Assembly (NCBI RefSeq): GCF_006345805.1 | Contig: NC_043009.1 | Location: 46,314,001 to 46,378,000, forward strand | Source of the DNA: Octopus sinensis | Taxonomy: Eukaryota | Direction: 5' to 3' | DNA: 64,000 bases | Notes under the pieces: generated by a model | What the model saw: only the letters and a program-made list of their open reading frames with translations | Databases searched by the model: none | Told to the model about the DNA's origin: nothing | Part shown: in pieces, positions 13,790 through 26,763 of the stretch | Position numbering within the stretch: position 1 is the first letter of the stretch | How the letters are laid out: every line of letters starts with the position of its first letter | Position numbers and translations under genes: made by a program

Positions 13790-14250
13790 TTATTTGGTCG
13801 GTAAGGGCATGCAATGTTCCTCTTCCTGATTGCTATGGCGAAAGAGATCGTGTGGTGAACGAGACTGAAAGGATTGAAGACAAACACTTTCCACTTCGGC
13901 CAAGTCTCACTGACTTTAAAAAATTCTATTTGAAAAGGAAAGCGTGAGGCGTGTATGACCCGAGGGAGTGTGTCTACTCTAATCTGATACTTGTAGGCTG
14001 ATGAATACGGAAGAGAGAGGAGCACTTGCCATGGTGCACCTGGTGAGAAGGGTGGGCCGGGATCGGTGGGGTTCCTTGGTTGTCCAAGTGTAGCGATTTC
14101 CCCCTATTAGAAATTTTGTTTGCTAATATTTCTTTTTGTAAATTGATATTGCATGTATTGTTCATACGTTTCTTTGTAAATTCCCACTGTTCTTTCTCTT
14201 TGTATTAGCCTTGATATTTACAGCCCTTGTGACCAATAAAGAAAGAATTA
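13790..14250 (+). mobile_element. Tx1/L1-clade LINE 3' end
   Basis: FLFLIAMAKEIVW*TRLKGLKTNTF resembles Tx1 ORF2 C-termini. The element ends agcccttgtgaccaataaagaaagaattattattat. Confidence 0.65.
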
Positions 14251-15440
14251 TTATTATCATGTAACTGTTTAGTATTTGTAGATTGAGTAGTTTGAGGCAA
14301 ATTTCTACTGCATCATGCGCTACACCTTCGTGTGCAGCATTGTGTGTTCATTTCTGCTTTTGGAAGTGTGTGAACTCTTCCTGGTACTGTGTTGTGTTAG
14401 CTTTTTTTTTTCTTGAGATGCGGTGCTGGCTTTTGCTGTGTTACTGCTTGTATTGTGTGTTGAGTGTGTAATACTTTGGCTTTCGGACTTGCTGATGGAA
14501 ATTATTTCACTGGGTAAATGCTGCGTAGAGTGTGTATTGTATTTGTGGGTTGTTTTGTTTTGGCTGTATTATTGGATTGATAGTGTCTTGTGTAGGATGT
14601 GACCTGTTCCTAGCAGGGAAATTTTTTGACAATGTGTTGTGTGGAGGATCCAGATATAGCTTATACATTTTTGCTCATATGACTTTTTATCATGCCTGAT
14701 GTTCCAATTATTATTAGTATTGTTTTTACCGTCATGCCCCACATCTTGAATACTTCAATTTCTAGGTTTTTGTACTTTGGCAATTTCTCCACTTCTTTTT
14801 TGACAATATTTTGATCAGAAGGAATTGCAATGTCTATCAGTAAGCTAGTGTTTTTTCTACAATCCTTGACTATTATGTTTGGGCGACTAGCATTTATTTC
14901 TTTGCCAGTTCGAACCGGCATATCCCAGATGATTGTGGCCTAATCGTTGCCTTTTACATTACTTGGCACATGCTTATACCACCTGTTGTCAGTTTTGATG
15001 TTGTATTATTGGCATAGTTTACAGTGGATTTAACTGCTTACTTTGTCGTGTCTGTGTATATATTCAGATTTGCAAAGGACTGAGCAACCCGAGATGATGT
15101 AGACAAACGTCTCATTGTGCTGGTTGCACATTCTGCATTTGGTGCTGAGTCCTGCTTTCATTATTTTGTTTTTATAATTGGTTGTAGTCAGTCATTAATC
15201 TTGTGCAGCGAGAATCAGTCCTTCCGCTTCGGCTTTTAGTCCTGGGCTTTTGAGCTATCGTTAGCTTTTACTTAGGCTCACTTCTTCTCTGTCAATCCTT
15301 GCAGAGTACTGGCATGAAGTGATTTTTATCTTCATTTCTTCTTCAGTATCTTTTGTAATTCAATTTTCAAGTTGTTCATCCGAGGTGAGTGTGTTAGTAT
15401 AGTTTGCCTCTGCTTTGTATTTTGTCGCCTCCTTGTGTAC
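14250..15440 (-). mobile_element. R4/Dong-clade non-LTR retrotransposon, 3' part with CCHC and restriction-like endonuclease
   Basis: GLKAEAEGLILAAQD; KCRMCNQHNETFVYIISGC...YIHRHDKV; RPNIIVKD...LLIDIAIPSDQNIVKKEVEKLPKYKNLEIEVFKMWG; (TAA)n tail. Confidence 0.88.
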
Positions 15441-15796
15441 AGGGAAAAGCTTATATATGCCTGGGTACATGTAGGCCTAAGCACATGTCGGCCTAAGCAC
15501 ATGTTGGCCTAGCTATACACGATCAACACATTAAACATGTCCATGTTGCAATAGGCCTCGACATCACTATCACATCGAACAACGATGTGTACCAGTAGGA
15601 CACACTGAGTGCAGCAGTAGCTCTTGCTACATGCACCTAATTAATGAAAATGTGAAGGATTGAAGTGATCTGCAACAAGCACAGTCAAACAAGAACAGTC
15701 TGGAACCGGGGTCAGATTCTCTTTCCTGAGCAGACAGATTGGATAGTTTGTGAATTATTACTTTTTGGTTTCAAGTTATTTATATTGATACACACA

Positions 15797-15832
<36 letters not shown>

Positions 15833-15979
15833 CTCACTGTCTGTCCTCTTCCCTATTTCTCTCTCTCGCTCTCTCTCTCTCGTTTTCTTACTGTCTGTCT
15901 CTTCCCCCTCTCTCTGTCTCTATCATATGCAAGCATAAGGTGAAGGCACATTCATTATATCAATATTCCAGCTTCTCAA

Positions 15980-16181
15980 GACGACGAGCTGGCAGAATCG
16001 TTAGCAAAATGCTTAGCGACAATTCGTCCGTCTTTACCTCCTAAGTTCAACTTCAACCGAAGTCGACTTTACCTTTCATCCTTTTGAGGTCGAGAAAATA
16101 AGTACCAGTTGAGCACTAGGGTCAATCTAATCGATTTAGTCCGTTCCCCGAAATTTCCTACCTTGTACCAAAATTTGAAAC
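15980..16181 (+). mobile_element. Nin/Deu-like tRNA SINE with 19-bp TSD
   Basis: Head gagctggcagaatcgttagc and core gtcgactttacctttcatcc. TSD caatattccagct(t/a)ctcaa at 15961-15979 and 16182-16200. Confidence 0.88.
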
Positions 16182-17046
16182 CAATATTCCAGCTACTCAA
16201 TAACAGCCAAAGCATTTCCACAAACATTATGGCCGTGGGGACTTAGATTGTTGGTATAGTCATGAAGTGCTTCGCTGTGTCTATATTTGTGACACTTAAC
16301 AAGCCAATCCATCACTGAAAATTATCACAAGACTGGAAAAAGCTTGTTAAATGAATGACTGGTCGGTAGATCTTAATTCAAAGTATCCTTGACCTAACGT
16401 TTGAAATGGTAAATGATATCTCAAATTGGCATACCTAATTTTTCTCTCTCTCTCTCTCCATCTCGCCCTTTCTCTCACTTTTTCTCTCTCTCCCTCTCCC
16501 TCTCTCCATCTCCTCCTCCCCTCTCTTTCACTACACACAAATTCTTCTTCGTTTTATTTGTTTCGGTCTGTGGCCATGCTGGATCGCCGCCTTGAAGAAT
16601 TTTTATCACCTATCTTTTTAAGCCTGGTACTTATTCTAGTGTTATGATTATTACTGTTTATTTGTGATACTGAGTTCGAATCTCTTGTGTGAATTATCGA
16701 ACTTGGTCAGGATGGATTACAGCTATTTGGAGTAGGCTGCATACATTCAGCCGTAAATTTCCAGAAACGTACCTATAGCTTAAGGAATAATCTTACCATT
16801 CAAGGAAAGCTATCGTCACTAAAGGAATCTCCTCATCACTCAAGGAATGTTCTTATTACACAAATAATATTCTCATCACTGATTAGAGTACGAGATTGTT
16901 ATAATAAAAACATCTACACATTTACACATGCACACACATATATTCGTACGCATACATATATATATACATGCATACCTGGATATTTATAGAAGCATGTACA
17001 TTCGTACGCGTGCATACAAACAGACAGACACACAGACACACACGCA

Positions 17047-17082
<36 letters not shown>

Positions 17083-17354
17083 AAGTAGTCTCAGAGAAAG
17101 ATTTTAAGAACTTTTGCCACAATGAACTATGTTGATGTAATAGTTGAGAAGAGGAACTCTCTAGGAAAGTACTCTTTTGCAAAGGGAACAGGCATGGGAC
17201 TATATTTAAAATTTTACTGCACTACCCTGTAGTTCTTGATTCAATCGCATTGTGCAATACCCGCGACAATATTTTCTAACTTAGCCTGGGAGTTGGCTTG
17301 ATCGTTACGTTGTGAATGGAATTTGGTAAATGAAACCTTTGCGGGATATAATAT

Positions 17355-17746
<392 letters not shown>

Positions 17747-20700
17747 GTAATATAAAACCATCAGTTGCTATCGGGTACGATTTATCACTATGTACTATGC
17801 TGCAGCTTATGTCGAGCAGACATAGACACGCTTTCGAACCCTTCGTATCCCAGTGTAACATTCAGGATGTGGCAAACAGGAGAGGTAAAAGTGCAGCACC
17901 AGCACTTGACGGCCACATTATTTATCGACCGTGACAGAATAAAAAGCAAAGTTGATTTCAGAAGGGGTTTAAACTCAGACCACTGAAATCCGGAATATAT
18001 ATGGTTGGACATTCTCTCACCAACGTCCGAACGACGTATACAGACTTATACACATATATGCATGCATGTATGTATGCATGTATGTATGTATGTGTGTATG
18101 TATATATGTACTTATGTATGTATATATATATGTATGCGTGTATGTGTGTATGTATGTATGCATGCATGCATGTGTGCTGCTGTTTTCAGCCGTTTGTACG
18201 TCGGCGAAAAATGTAAAAATCCCACACAATGAAAATTATTACTTTAAGAATGAAGCCCCTCTAAGATATTTGTTCTGCACCGCATTAGCTACTTCTTGTG
18301 ATTTCATCATTATATATGCTGCCATCCAGTGATTATCTCCTTGGAAACCTGTAACCAACGACGCTAACATCCACCAGCAGAGACTTTGAAATCACCATAA
18401 ATTATTTCAACCTAAAAAAGAATTGAATTGCCATTTTTTACATGACTCTTGGAATTTAATAATACTTTTTTAACGCAGGGCACAAGTATTTTAAATAGGG
18501 GACTCTATTCTATGTCTTCAGTTTGTCTAGCTGTTCAGTTTAGCTTAGATGTATTGTAGCAGCGTTTCAAGTATCTATCGTATATTTTAACCAGGTAGAT
18601 ATTCACCTGTAATCTAAACAAGACAATAAAGAACCGAGTTAAATGGGCATCTATAGTTCGCGAAATGGTTTACGTAGCGATCATGTGTTTTATACATATC
18701 TATGGAGATGTACGATATACACACACAGAAGTACATTTATAAGTGTGTTTGAATATTTTCAGTTGAACCAGGTGAGAATCAAGCACAGAAAAAATAGTCG
18801 ACAACATAACCAGGAATGTTTATCTGATGCGCATTCCTTTGTAATCAATTACAGATTAAGTCATTAAGTAATTAAACAAGTAGCTCCAATATAGAATTAA
18901 AAAAAAAAAAAGATTTAGAAAATCAATGGTTTTTCACTGAGTATTTATATTATTGCAGTTTGTGACGCGCACCTGATGATATGGGTCTGTTACCTGGTTC
19001 CAAACTTCTACATTTGATTTTGACCATATATGAAGTTCCTAAATATTATGGACGGAAGAAATGTAATGGTGTGAGGTTCATGCATTTCCAGTAGCATTGT
19101 AGGTAAATGTGATGTGGTTTTCAGCAAAAACTCGGAACGTAAATCCCGGATATAAGACGGTGTAGTGAGTAGATCTTAACACTTGCTCCTCTCCTGTGAG
19201 ATAATAGTCATTTCTAACATTTAACTAACATTATTTTATTGACACTGGGAGGGTGGTAATGTCGACCCTGTTGAGATTTTAAATCAGAACATTAACGAAG
19301 TAACTAGATAACATAAAGAAATTTTTTCCGTGTTCAAAAGAGTTTGCAATCTGTCGCCCTAAAGAGAGTAGAAATGTTAGTCTCGATTGACTTTTCACAA
19401 CTCCCTATACTCTGTGGAAAGTATAAGGAGTACAATTAACTCTGATGCATTCTACATGTTTCTCTCAAGAATATCGAAGTACCATAGACTTGATGAACTG
19501 AAAATGTGAGCTGATTTCGTTTCTCTTTAATGTGTATGTAACATCACTTATATTATTAAACTCGGATAGAAAGGGTTTGAACGTCACAACATTACATTTC
19601 TCTAACCTAGTAAAATACAGTCATTAATATGAAAAAGAAAGTACATTTTCTTATACAACGATCGTCATATTTATCGATTATAATTCTTAAATTCCCCACA
19701 TTCATTTACACCTATACACATACATATACATGTATACATATCTTCACACGTAGACTCAGTTATTCACATCCCCATTGATGAGATATATTTATTTATTGAA
19801 TTTTCACAGATGAATATACACATATATAAAAACCTTTGAAATATCATACAAGCACATATACTAAGTTATTTTTGTAAACATAAGAATAATATCTAGTAAA
19901 TATGTTTTTAATAGCTAATTAAATCAATTAGAATAATGAATTTTCAGAGCACTGCATTTTTTCACATGCGTTCACGCATACTACGCCAGTGAATAGAGAC
20001 AGATCTCCACGCTGCTTCGCACAATGACGACTACATACTCTCCTCATAGCTGTCATAAAGAAAATGTAGTTTTATTTGACACCATTTCTTACAACACTTC
20101 AATTATCTGTCTCTGAAATAATCTATCAGGGTTACTGATATAAAAGCAAAGCAAATCATCTCATTCTTACGTACCACCACCCTCCATCACGACTGGATAA
20201 ATATCGATTTGATTCCAAAAGAATTTAAGTAAATGTGTATATATAAAGTTTATACTTACGGAATATTCAAACTGATGTTATGTCAGGCTATGTTGGAATA
20301 GTTGCTATCGTTGATGTTGTTCTGTTTGTTCTAGCAATTGTTGCAATAATTGGTTTCGTCGCTTTAAACAGAGTGGCCATTTCACTGTGCTTAATAGCAC
20401 ACAACACCTGCTGTGTGTCTGCAGACAAACTCTTTCGTTTAATAACTTACGGAAACAATAAATTCCTTTCTCCCTTTCTCAACTTATCACCTCATATATA
20501 CATCGAATGAATCCGAATACTCTTATTTCCCGTAGAGATGTGAATGTGTGTGTGTGCACGCACATATCTCTGTTAGTGTATTTGTGGTGTGTATGGACAC
20601 ATGCAAATGTGTTTGTTTACTTGTCTTTTGTGTAATTACTTGGACGCAATGAACTCACACGTAGGTTTATGCACACACACATGCACACACACACACACAC

Positions 20701-21834
20701 ATATATGTATATGTGTATGTATGTATATATGTATGTATGTACCTATGGATCTATGTGTGTGTGTTATTTTACATTTTTTCCGTGAATCAGTGTGTCAGTG
20801 TTCCACACGGAAAATACGCTCTTGTACTCACCTGAGTACATCGGTGACAGGTATACGACAGCATATAAGAGAATATTTGCACGCTGACAGGAATGAGAAA
20901 TAACTAGAATGTCTATTTCCACAGATCTATGACTGCTACTATGCGTAGTTGCATTCGCGTTTGCATGTACGTGGAAGGGAAATTAATTCGTTAGCTTATA
21001 ATACGCCTGTAAAAGATCTATGTGCTTTGATGTAGGCTTTTGTCAGTATAAGGTTCTAAAGAGAATAAAAGGAAGATTAGTTTTGATCTTTACGTTATCC
21101 AGCATAATCAATAATTATATCTCAGACTGGAGGTGGAGGAAGCGACGAAAATATGACGGTAGTCGAAACGTTTCCATAGTAACGTTTGGCACACGAGTAT
21201 TCTTGTAAATATTCCATATGGTTCATTGGCTTTATCAATTTTAGCACAGTAATTCTATTGCAATTTTAATTTAATTTTTTTTTGTTTTCGTTTTTCACTT
21301 TTTCTCCTCCACTGTAAACAGAATTGTTTTTGTTACGTGGTAATAATCAAAAGTGAAAGTAAACCGAGTGAGTAGCATTAAAAGATGGAGCGAATAAAAC
21401 CAGGAAACGGCGACGATTACGGCAGCGGCAGCAGCAGCAATAGCAAGCAGCTAAAGCAATAACAGACACACCGATAGCAATAACAGCAGACTCTGTAGCA
21501 GTTACAGTAGCCGCGGCAGCGACAGCAACAGTCACGCAGAAGTGCAAAACGGTGGTTTGTAATTTTAAAATTGTACCGGCTTAAAAAAGCAAACCTTATT
21601 TCATTGGCTGAGGAATTAAAGAATAATTACTCGTCGGTGGATTAATGACAGAATTAAGTGGTTGTCTGTAGAAATCGTGTTTAAGCGTTGTTATAATATC
21701 AGGAATTATTAATTAATAATTCCCTTTGTTAAATTGTACACTTTACAGTCCATATCCATGTAGGTGAATATTGAGGTAAAAGTAGTCATAACACTCTATT
21801 AATATTAACAATGATGATAATAATAATAATAATA

Positions 21835-22055
21835 ATAATGATCTTTTCTACTATAGGCACAAGACCTGACATTTCAGGAAGAGGTGTGAGTCAATTAGAT
21901 CGACACCAGTGCGTAACTGGTACTTATCTCCTCGAGCCCGAAAGGATGAAAGGCAGAAAACACTTCGGCAGAATATGAACTCAGAATGTTAAGACAAATG
22001 GAATGCAGTTAAGCATTTTGCCTGGTTTGTTAACCATTTTGTCAGCTAGCCACCT
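21835..22055 (-). mobile_element. Nin/Deu-like tRNA SINE
   Basis: Diverged copy of the family at 25915-26720 (gaaaggatgaaaggc...gaactcagaatgt). Confidence 0.8.
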
Positions 22056-22779
22056 TAATAAAAATAAAATTGTCTACAGAATTCTAATGTACGCGTATGC
22101 GATATATATATATATGCGATATATATATATATGCGAGATATATATATATATATATATATTCGTGTGTTTTTGCGTGTGATTATCTCTGCGTGTATTTTGT
22201 GTGTGTGTGTGTCTGTATGTATGTGTGCGCGCGCGCGCGAATTGGGAATTTATAGATAGTTCCATTTAAATACAGATCGCTGAAACACAATCAAACAGGA
22301 TGGTTTTCTGCGTAAATTGTAAATATTCCCTGGTGTATCCATAGTTTCGGCACAATTATAATGGGAATAACATGTTAATTTCTTATTCTCTCTCTCTCTT
22401 TCCCTTTCCCTCTTTCTCTTTCTCTCTTTTTCTCTGTCTCTTTCCCTCATACGTCATATCACGTCACATCACATCACATCACATCACACCACATTGCACC
22501 ACATAAATGATATCGTACTTTTATTCACAACAGCAAGTAATTGCAACTGAGATTTTACACACCCGTGGTTCCAAGTTATGACTAAAGAGTTTATCATAAT
22601 ATAACCAATAATCTCATAGAAACACAGTAAATATAGAATAAAAATAAAATATATGTAAGTGAACTAAACATCGTGTATACTTCATGCCATGTAGGAACTG
22701 CAAGATCTACTCAGAAGTATTGCTGTCTCTTTTTCTGAATCCGTCGTAATATCGGGAAAACCTTCTAAGACAGAGAGAG

Positions 22780-22965
22780 GGCTGAACGCTAAGCGGCTTT
22801 TACGTTCTGTGTTCAAATTCCACCGAGGTCGACTTTGTCTTTCATCCTTTGTAGGGTCGATAAGGTTGATAAAATAAGAACCAGTTGAAAACTGGGGTCG
22901 TAATAATCATTTTCGCCCCCTCTCACTAAAGTATTGACTTAGAGCCAAATTTTGAAACCAGTATT
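22780..22965 (+). mobile_element. Nin/Deu-like SINE, 5'-truncated
   Basis: gttcaaattccaccgaggtcgactttgtctttcatcc core and 3' tail aaattttgaaacc. Confidence 0.75.
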
Positions 22966-23060
22966 GGAAAACCTGTATTACTAGCAAGCTTCTTAGTGTA
23001 ACAAATGCTTCACCCCTTAGCCTCTGCCTTTCCCTTGAGTGGGCAGCGAGGACTGAATTA

Positions 23061-23102
<42 letters not shown>

Positions 23103-23105
<3 letters not shown>

Positions 23106-23714
23106 GGTGCGGTGAATAAACTGTCGTCTAAATTACGGAAAAATGAAAATAACACTGACATTCCATTTTAACATATATATTTACCAAAGTTACATAAAAA
23201 TATCTTGAAATACTTAGAGTAAATAAATTCAATAAAATCGCCGTTGTCTTCAACCACGGCCTCCGGACGACTTTGGAATCTCCTGAAATTCTGGACGGTA
23301 TCCTTGTTTAACTTGGTGAATGGAACCATATTCTTTGCCTTCAGTTCATGTTAGTTGTTACAAGGAGTTTTGTTGGTCTCTCGCTCACCTGCGGGGGTTG
23401 CAATCTTGGGAGTTAGGTGGCCAGATGTTTGAGGTGATGTGGTCGCATAAATTGTCTGACAGTCGTGACTGGGTTCTCCTGCTTGTTTGGTATGGTGCAG
23501 AATCCTATTCCCAGACAAGGGTTTTCTAGCGGACACCATTTTGACCTAGGCAGAACTACCTTCACCAGGTGATGTAGGCCTCCGTGTTGAGACTGAGGCC
23601 GTGTGGGAAGATGAATGGAAGCATAACGTCGACAACACTAGTGATCACTCTAAACAACATGACGTTGACTGGATGTTTCATTTTTATCTCTCCCGGTATA
23701 TGTTTTGGGGACAT
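23103..23714 (-). mobile_element. maT (DD37D-type) transposon 3' half with terminus
   Basis: KHPVNVMLFRVITSVVDVMLPFIFPHGLSLNTEAY, DSAPY and IWPPNSQDCNP. The terminus is TA|CAGGGTGCGGTGAATAAA at 23101. Confidence 0.85.
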
Positions 23715-24420
23715 GCTTAAATAGTCTTCACTGTTAATTCTGCCATGAAGGGAAACCATTTGGCCAGCAGATTTCCAAGATATAGCATCCCCCCACCGAT
23801 CATCAGAAATCCTCCTCCATGTTTAACAATTGGAAGAAGGCAGTGTGAATCAATGCTTCTTTAGGCTGTCTCCATACGTATACTCGGCCGGTGGTCGGAA
23901 ATTAGGTAATGGGTGACTCGTCCGAGAAAATAACACTCCACTGCTCCAGGGACCAATTCTGTAGGTTTTTACTCCACTCTGAACGCTTTGTAACGTTTGA
24001 TTTTGAAATTAGTGATTTTCTGATTGTAGCCCTCCCGTGAAATCTGGCTTTGCATAGCTCCCGGCGAACAATCTTTGTGAAAACTGGGTTCCCGGGGTGG
24101 TCATTAAACTCTGCAGTAATTTGGGGAGCTGTACTTTTGTGATCCTTTCTAACAATTCGCGTAAGAGTCCGACGGTCCTTATCTGAACGTTTTGGTTTTC
24201 TTCTGCTGTTTTGTCATTATTTTCGAGATAGTACTTCTTGATACACCAAATATTTCGGCTGTTTTCGTTACGCTAGCGCCTGCCATACGAGCACCAACAA
24301 TTTGACCTCTTTGAAAGTTCAATAGATCTGTCATTTTATTGAATTTTATTTACTTTTTCTGATGATATCTGAAAAGAAGCAGCAATTTTAGCAAAACAAA
24401 TTATGCAACACTAATGATAA

Positions 24421-24453
<33 letters not shown>

Positions 24454-24534
24454 CAAGCTTTTGGCGGTTTTATAGATATTTCAAAAATATGATGCTATGA
24501 TGCTAAGCTTTTATATTATTTTGTCCAACCCCTG
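23715..24534 (-). mobile_element. Tc1-family (DD34E-type) transposon 5' part with terminus
   Basis: MTDLLNFQRGQIVGARMAGASVTKTAEIFGVSRSTISK; VIFSDES..LFPTTGRVYVWRQPKEA; SLHGRINSEDYL. The terminus is TA|CAGGGGTTGGACAAAATAAT at 24536. Confidence 0.88.
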
Positions 24535-24574
24535 TATATATGTATGTATATATATGTATATATATGTATATATA

Positions 24575-24614
<40 letters not shown>

Positions 24615-25164
24615 TGATGTGTGTGTGTGTTTGTGTGAGTGGCTGCCTGTGTGTGAATGTGCGTGTGCTTGTATGTGTGTTTGTCTGTGTGTGTGTATGT
24701 ATGTGTGTGTATTTGTGTTTGTTTGTGTGTGTGTGTGTGTGAGTGTGTGCGTGTGTGTGTGCGTGTGTGTGTGTGTGCGTGCGTGTATGTGTGTGTGTGT
24801 GTGTGAAGTATGCGGTGTATTTCCACATCTCGTCTCTTTGATAGAGCTGAAGTCCAGCGTCAAGTAAAGATAGAGACAGGATTGATTTTGAGAATTTATA
24901 ACAAATTGCGAAAACAATAGAAAATAAAAAAAAGAAGAATTCGGACGAGGTATGGTCTGTTAGGTTTGGAAGTTTTTTGAGCAAAATTTTATTTTTGTGT
25001 ATTTTTAACTAAATATGGCTTCCCGCCGCAGAAAGAAGGGAATTAATTGGATGAAACTGCATAGGAAGCATAAATGTAATTATGTAGCAGCAGGATATAA
25101 GATCCCAATGGCGATTTTAGGAGATACACGTGATAGTAATTCAAATTTTTCCTTCATGTGTTGA

Positions 25165-25447
<283 letters not shown>

Positions 25448-25914
25448 GATTTCTGTTACTACTGTTGCTATAACTACAAAAACAAAAAACAACTGGTGCA
25501 TAACTTTTGTCAAATGAAGAAAGAATGAAAAGAATATTTAGTATTCTTTTGACAAACCTGAGAAATGTGAGCAATGTGAACTCCTCTTGGAAGAGAAAAA
25601 TAATCACATGGCCGGATTCTGTGAAATGAAACGGCATGTCTTATGTTTTTACTAAATCGATTCGTAGAAGGGCAAGAAAGGAGCAATTTCAATCTGTACG
25701 TTATAAAGAAGGATGATGTACGTCTTCGTCTATCGTGAAGATATAGTAAAAAGTATCTCTGGCGTATCAAGTGAAAAAGTAATACACAGATAGATAAATA
25801 GATACATAGACAGAGAAAGCGAGAGAGAGAAAGGGAGAGAGGTAGTGAGACTGATAGAGAGAGTATGGCTTATAAATAAGAAGCGTTTTTATTCCATTAC
25901 TATTACTATAATTG

Positions 25915-26763
25915 TTAAAGGCGGCGAGCTGGCAGAAACGTTAGCACGTCGGGCGAAGCGCTTAGCGGTATTTCGTCTGCAGCTACGTTCTGAGTTCAAA
26001 TTCTGCCGAGGTCGACTTTGCCTTTCATTCTTTCGGGGTCGATTAAATAAGTACCAGTTACGCACTGGGGTCGATATAATCGACTTAATCCGTTTGTCTG
26101 CCCTTGTTCGTCCCCTCTGTGTTTAGCCCCTTGTGGGTAGTAAAGAACTAGGTATTTCGTCTTTCGTTATGTTCTGAGTTCAAATTCCGCCGTGGTCGAC
26201 TTTGCCTTTCATCCTTTCGGGCTCGATTAAATTAAGTACCAGTTACGCACTGGGGTCGATGTAATCGACTTAATCAGTTTGTCTGTCCTTGTCTGTCCTC
26301 TCTGTGTTTAGCCCCTTGTGGGTAGTAAAGAAATAAGTATTTCTTGTCTTTACGTTTTGAGTTCAAATTCCGCCGAGGCCAAATTTGCCTTTCATCTTTT
26401 CGGGGTCAATTAAATTAAATACTAGTTGCGTACCGGGCTCGATCTAATCGACTGGCTCTCTCCCCCAAAATTTCGGGCCTTGTGCCTAGAGTAGAAAAGA
26501 TTATTATTAAGGTGGTCAGCTGGCAGAATCGTTAGCATGCCGGGCAAAATGCTTAATGGCATTTCACCCATCTGAGTTCTAATTCCGCCGAGGTTGACTT
26601 TGCTTTCATCCTTTTGGGGTCGATAAAATAAGTACCTGTTGAACAATGGCGTGGATGTAATCGACTCATCCCCTCCCCCAAAATTGCTGCCCTTGCGGCA
26701 AAATTAGAAATCATTATTATAATTGCTATTAAGGCGATCACATGGCAGAATCTTTAGCGCGCC
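25915..26763 (+). mobile_element. Array of Nin/Deu-like SINEs: head plus three bodies, an adjacent full copy and a truncated head
   Basis: Head at ~25918. Bodies restart at 26151 and 26336, each after the tail gccccttgtgggtagtaaagaa(c/a)ta. A second full SINE lies at ~26510-26715 and a head fragment at 26731-26763. Confidence 0.9.

Noticed and set aside
19085-19195. Minus-strand exon-like frame YTVLYPGFTFRVFAEN resembling FN3
   Set aside because: The spacing is four residues too short for FN3 and the frame hits a stop before any donor.
20280-20510. Hydrophobic ORF resembling a transmembrane exon
   Set aside because: It is explained by a decayed (GTT/GCT) repeat and has no convincing donor.
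21135-21180. Hammerhead-like gac-ggta-gtc-GAAA-CGTT
   Set aside because: The core has two uncompensated mismatches plus extra bases.
25510-25770. Possible minus-strand exon, and a plus-strand KPEKCEQC zinc-finger-like start
   Set aside because: No recognisable homology, and the His spacing does not fit C2H2.
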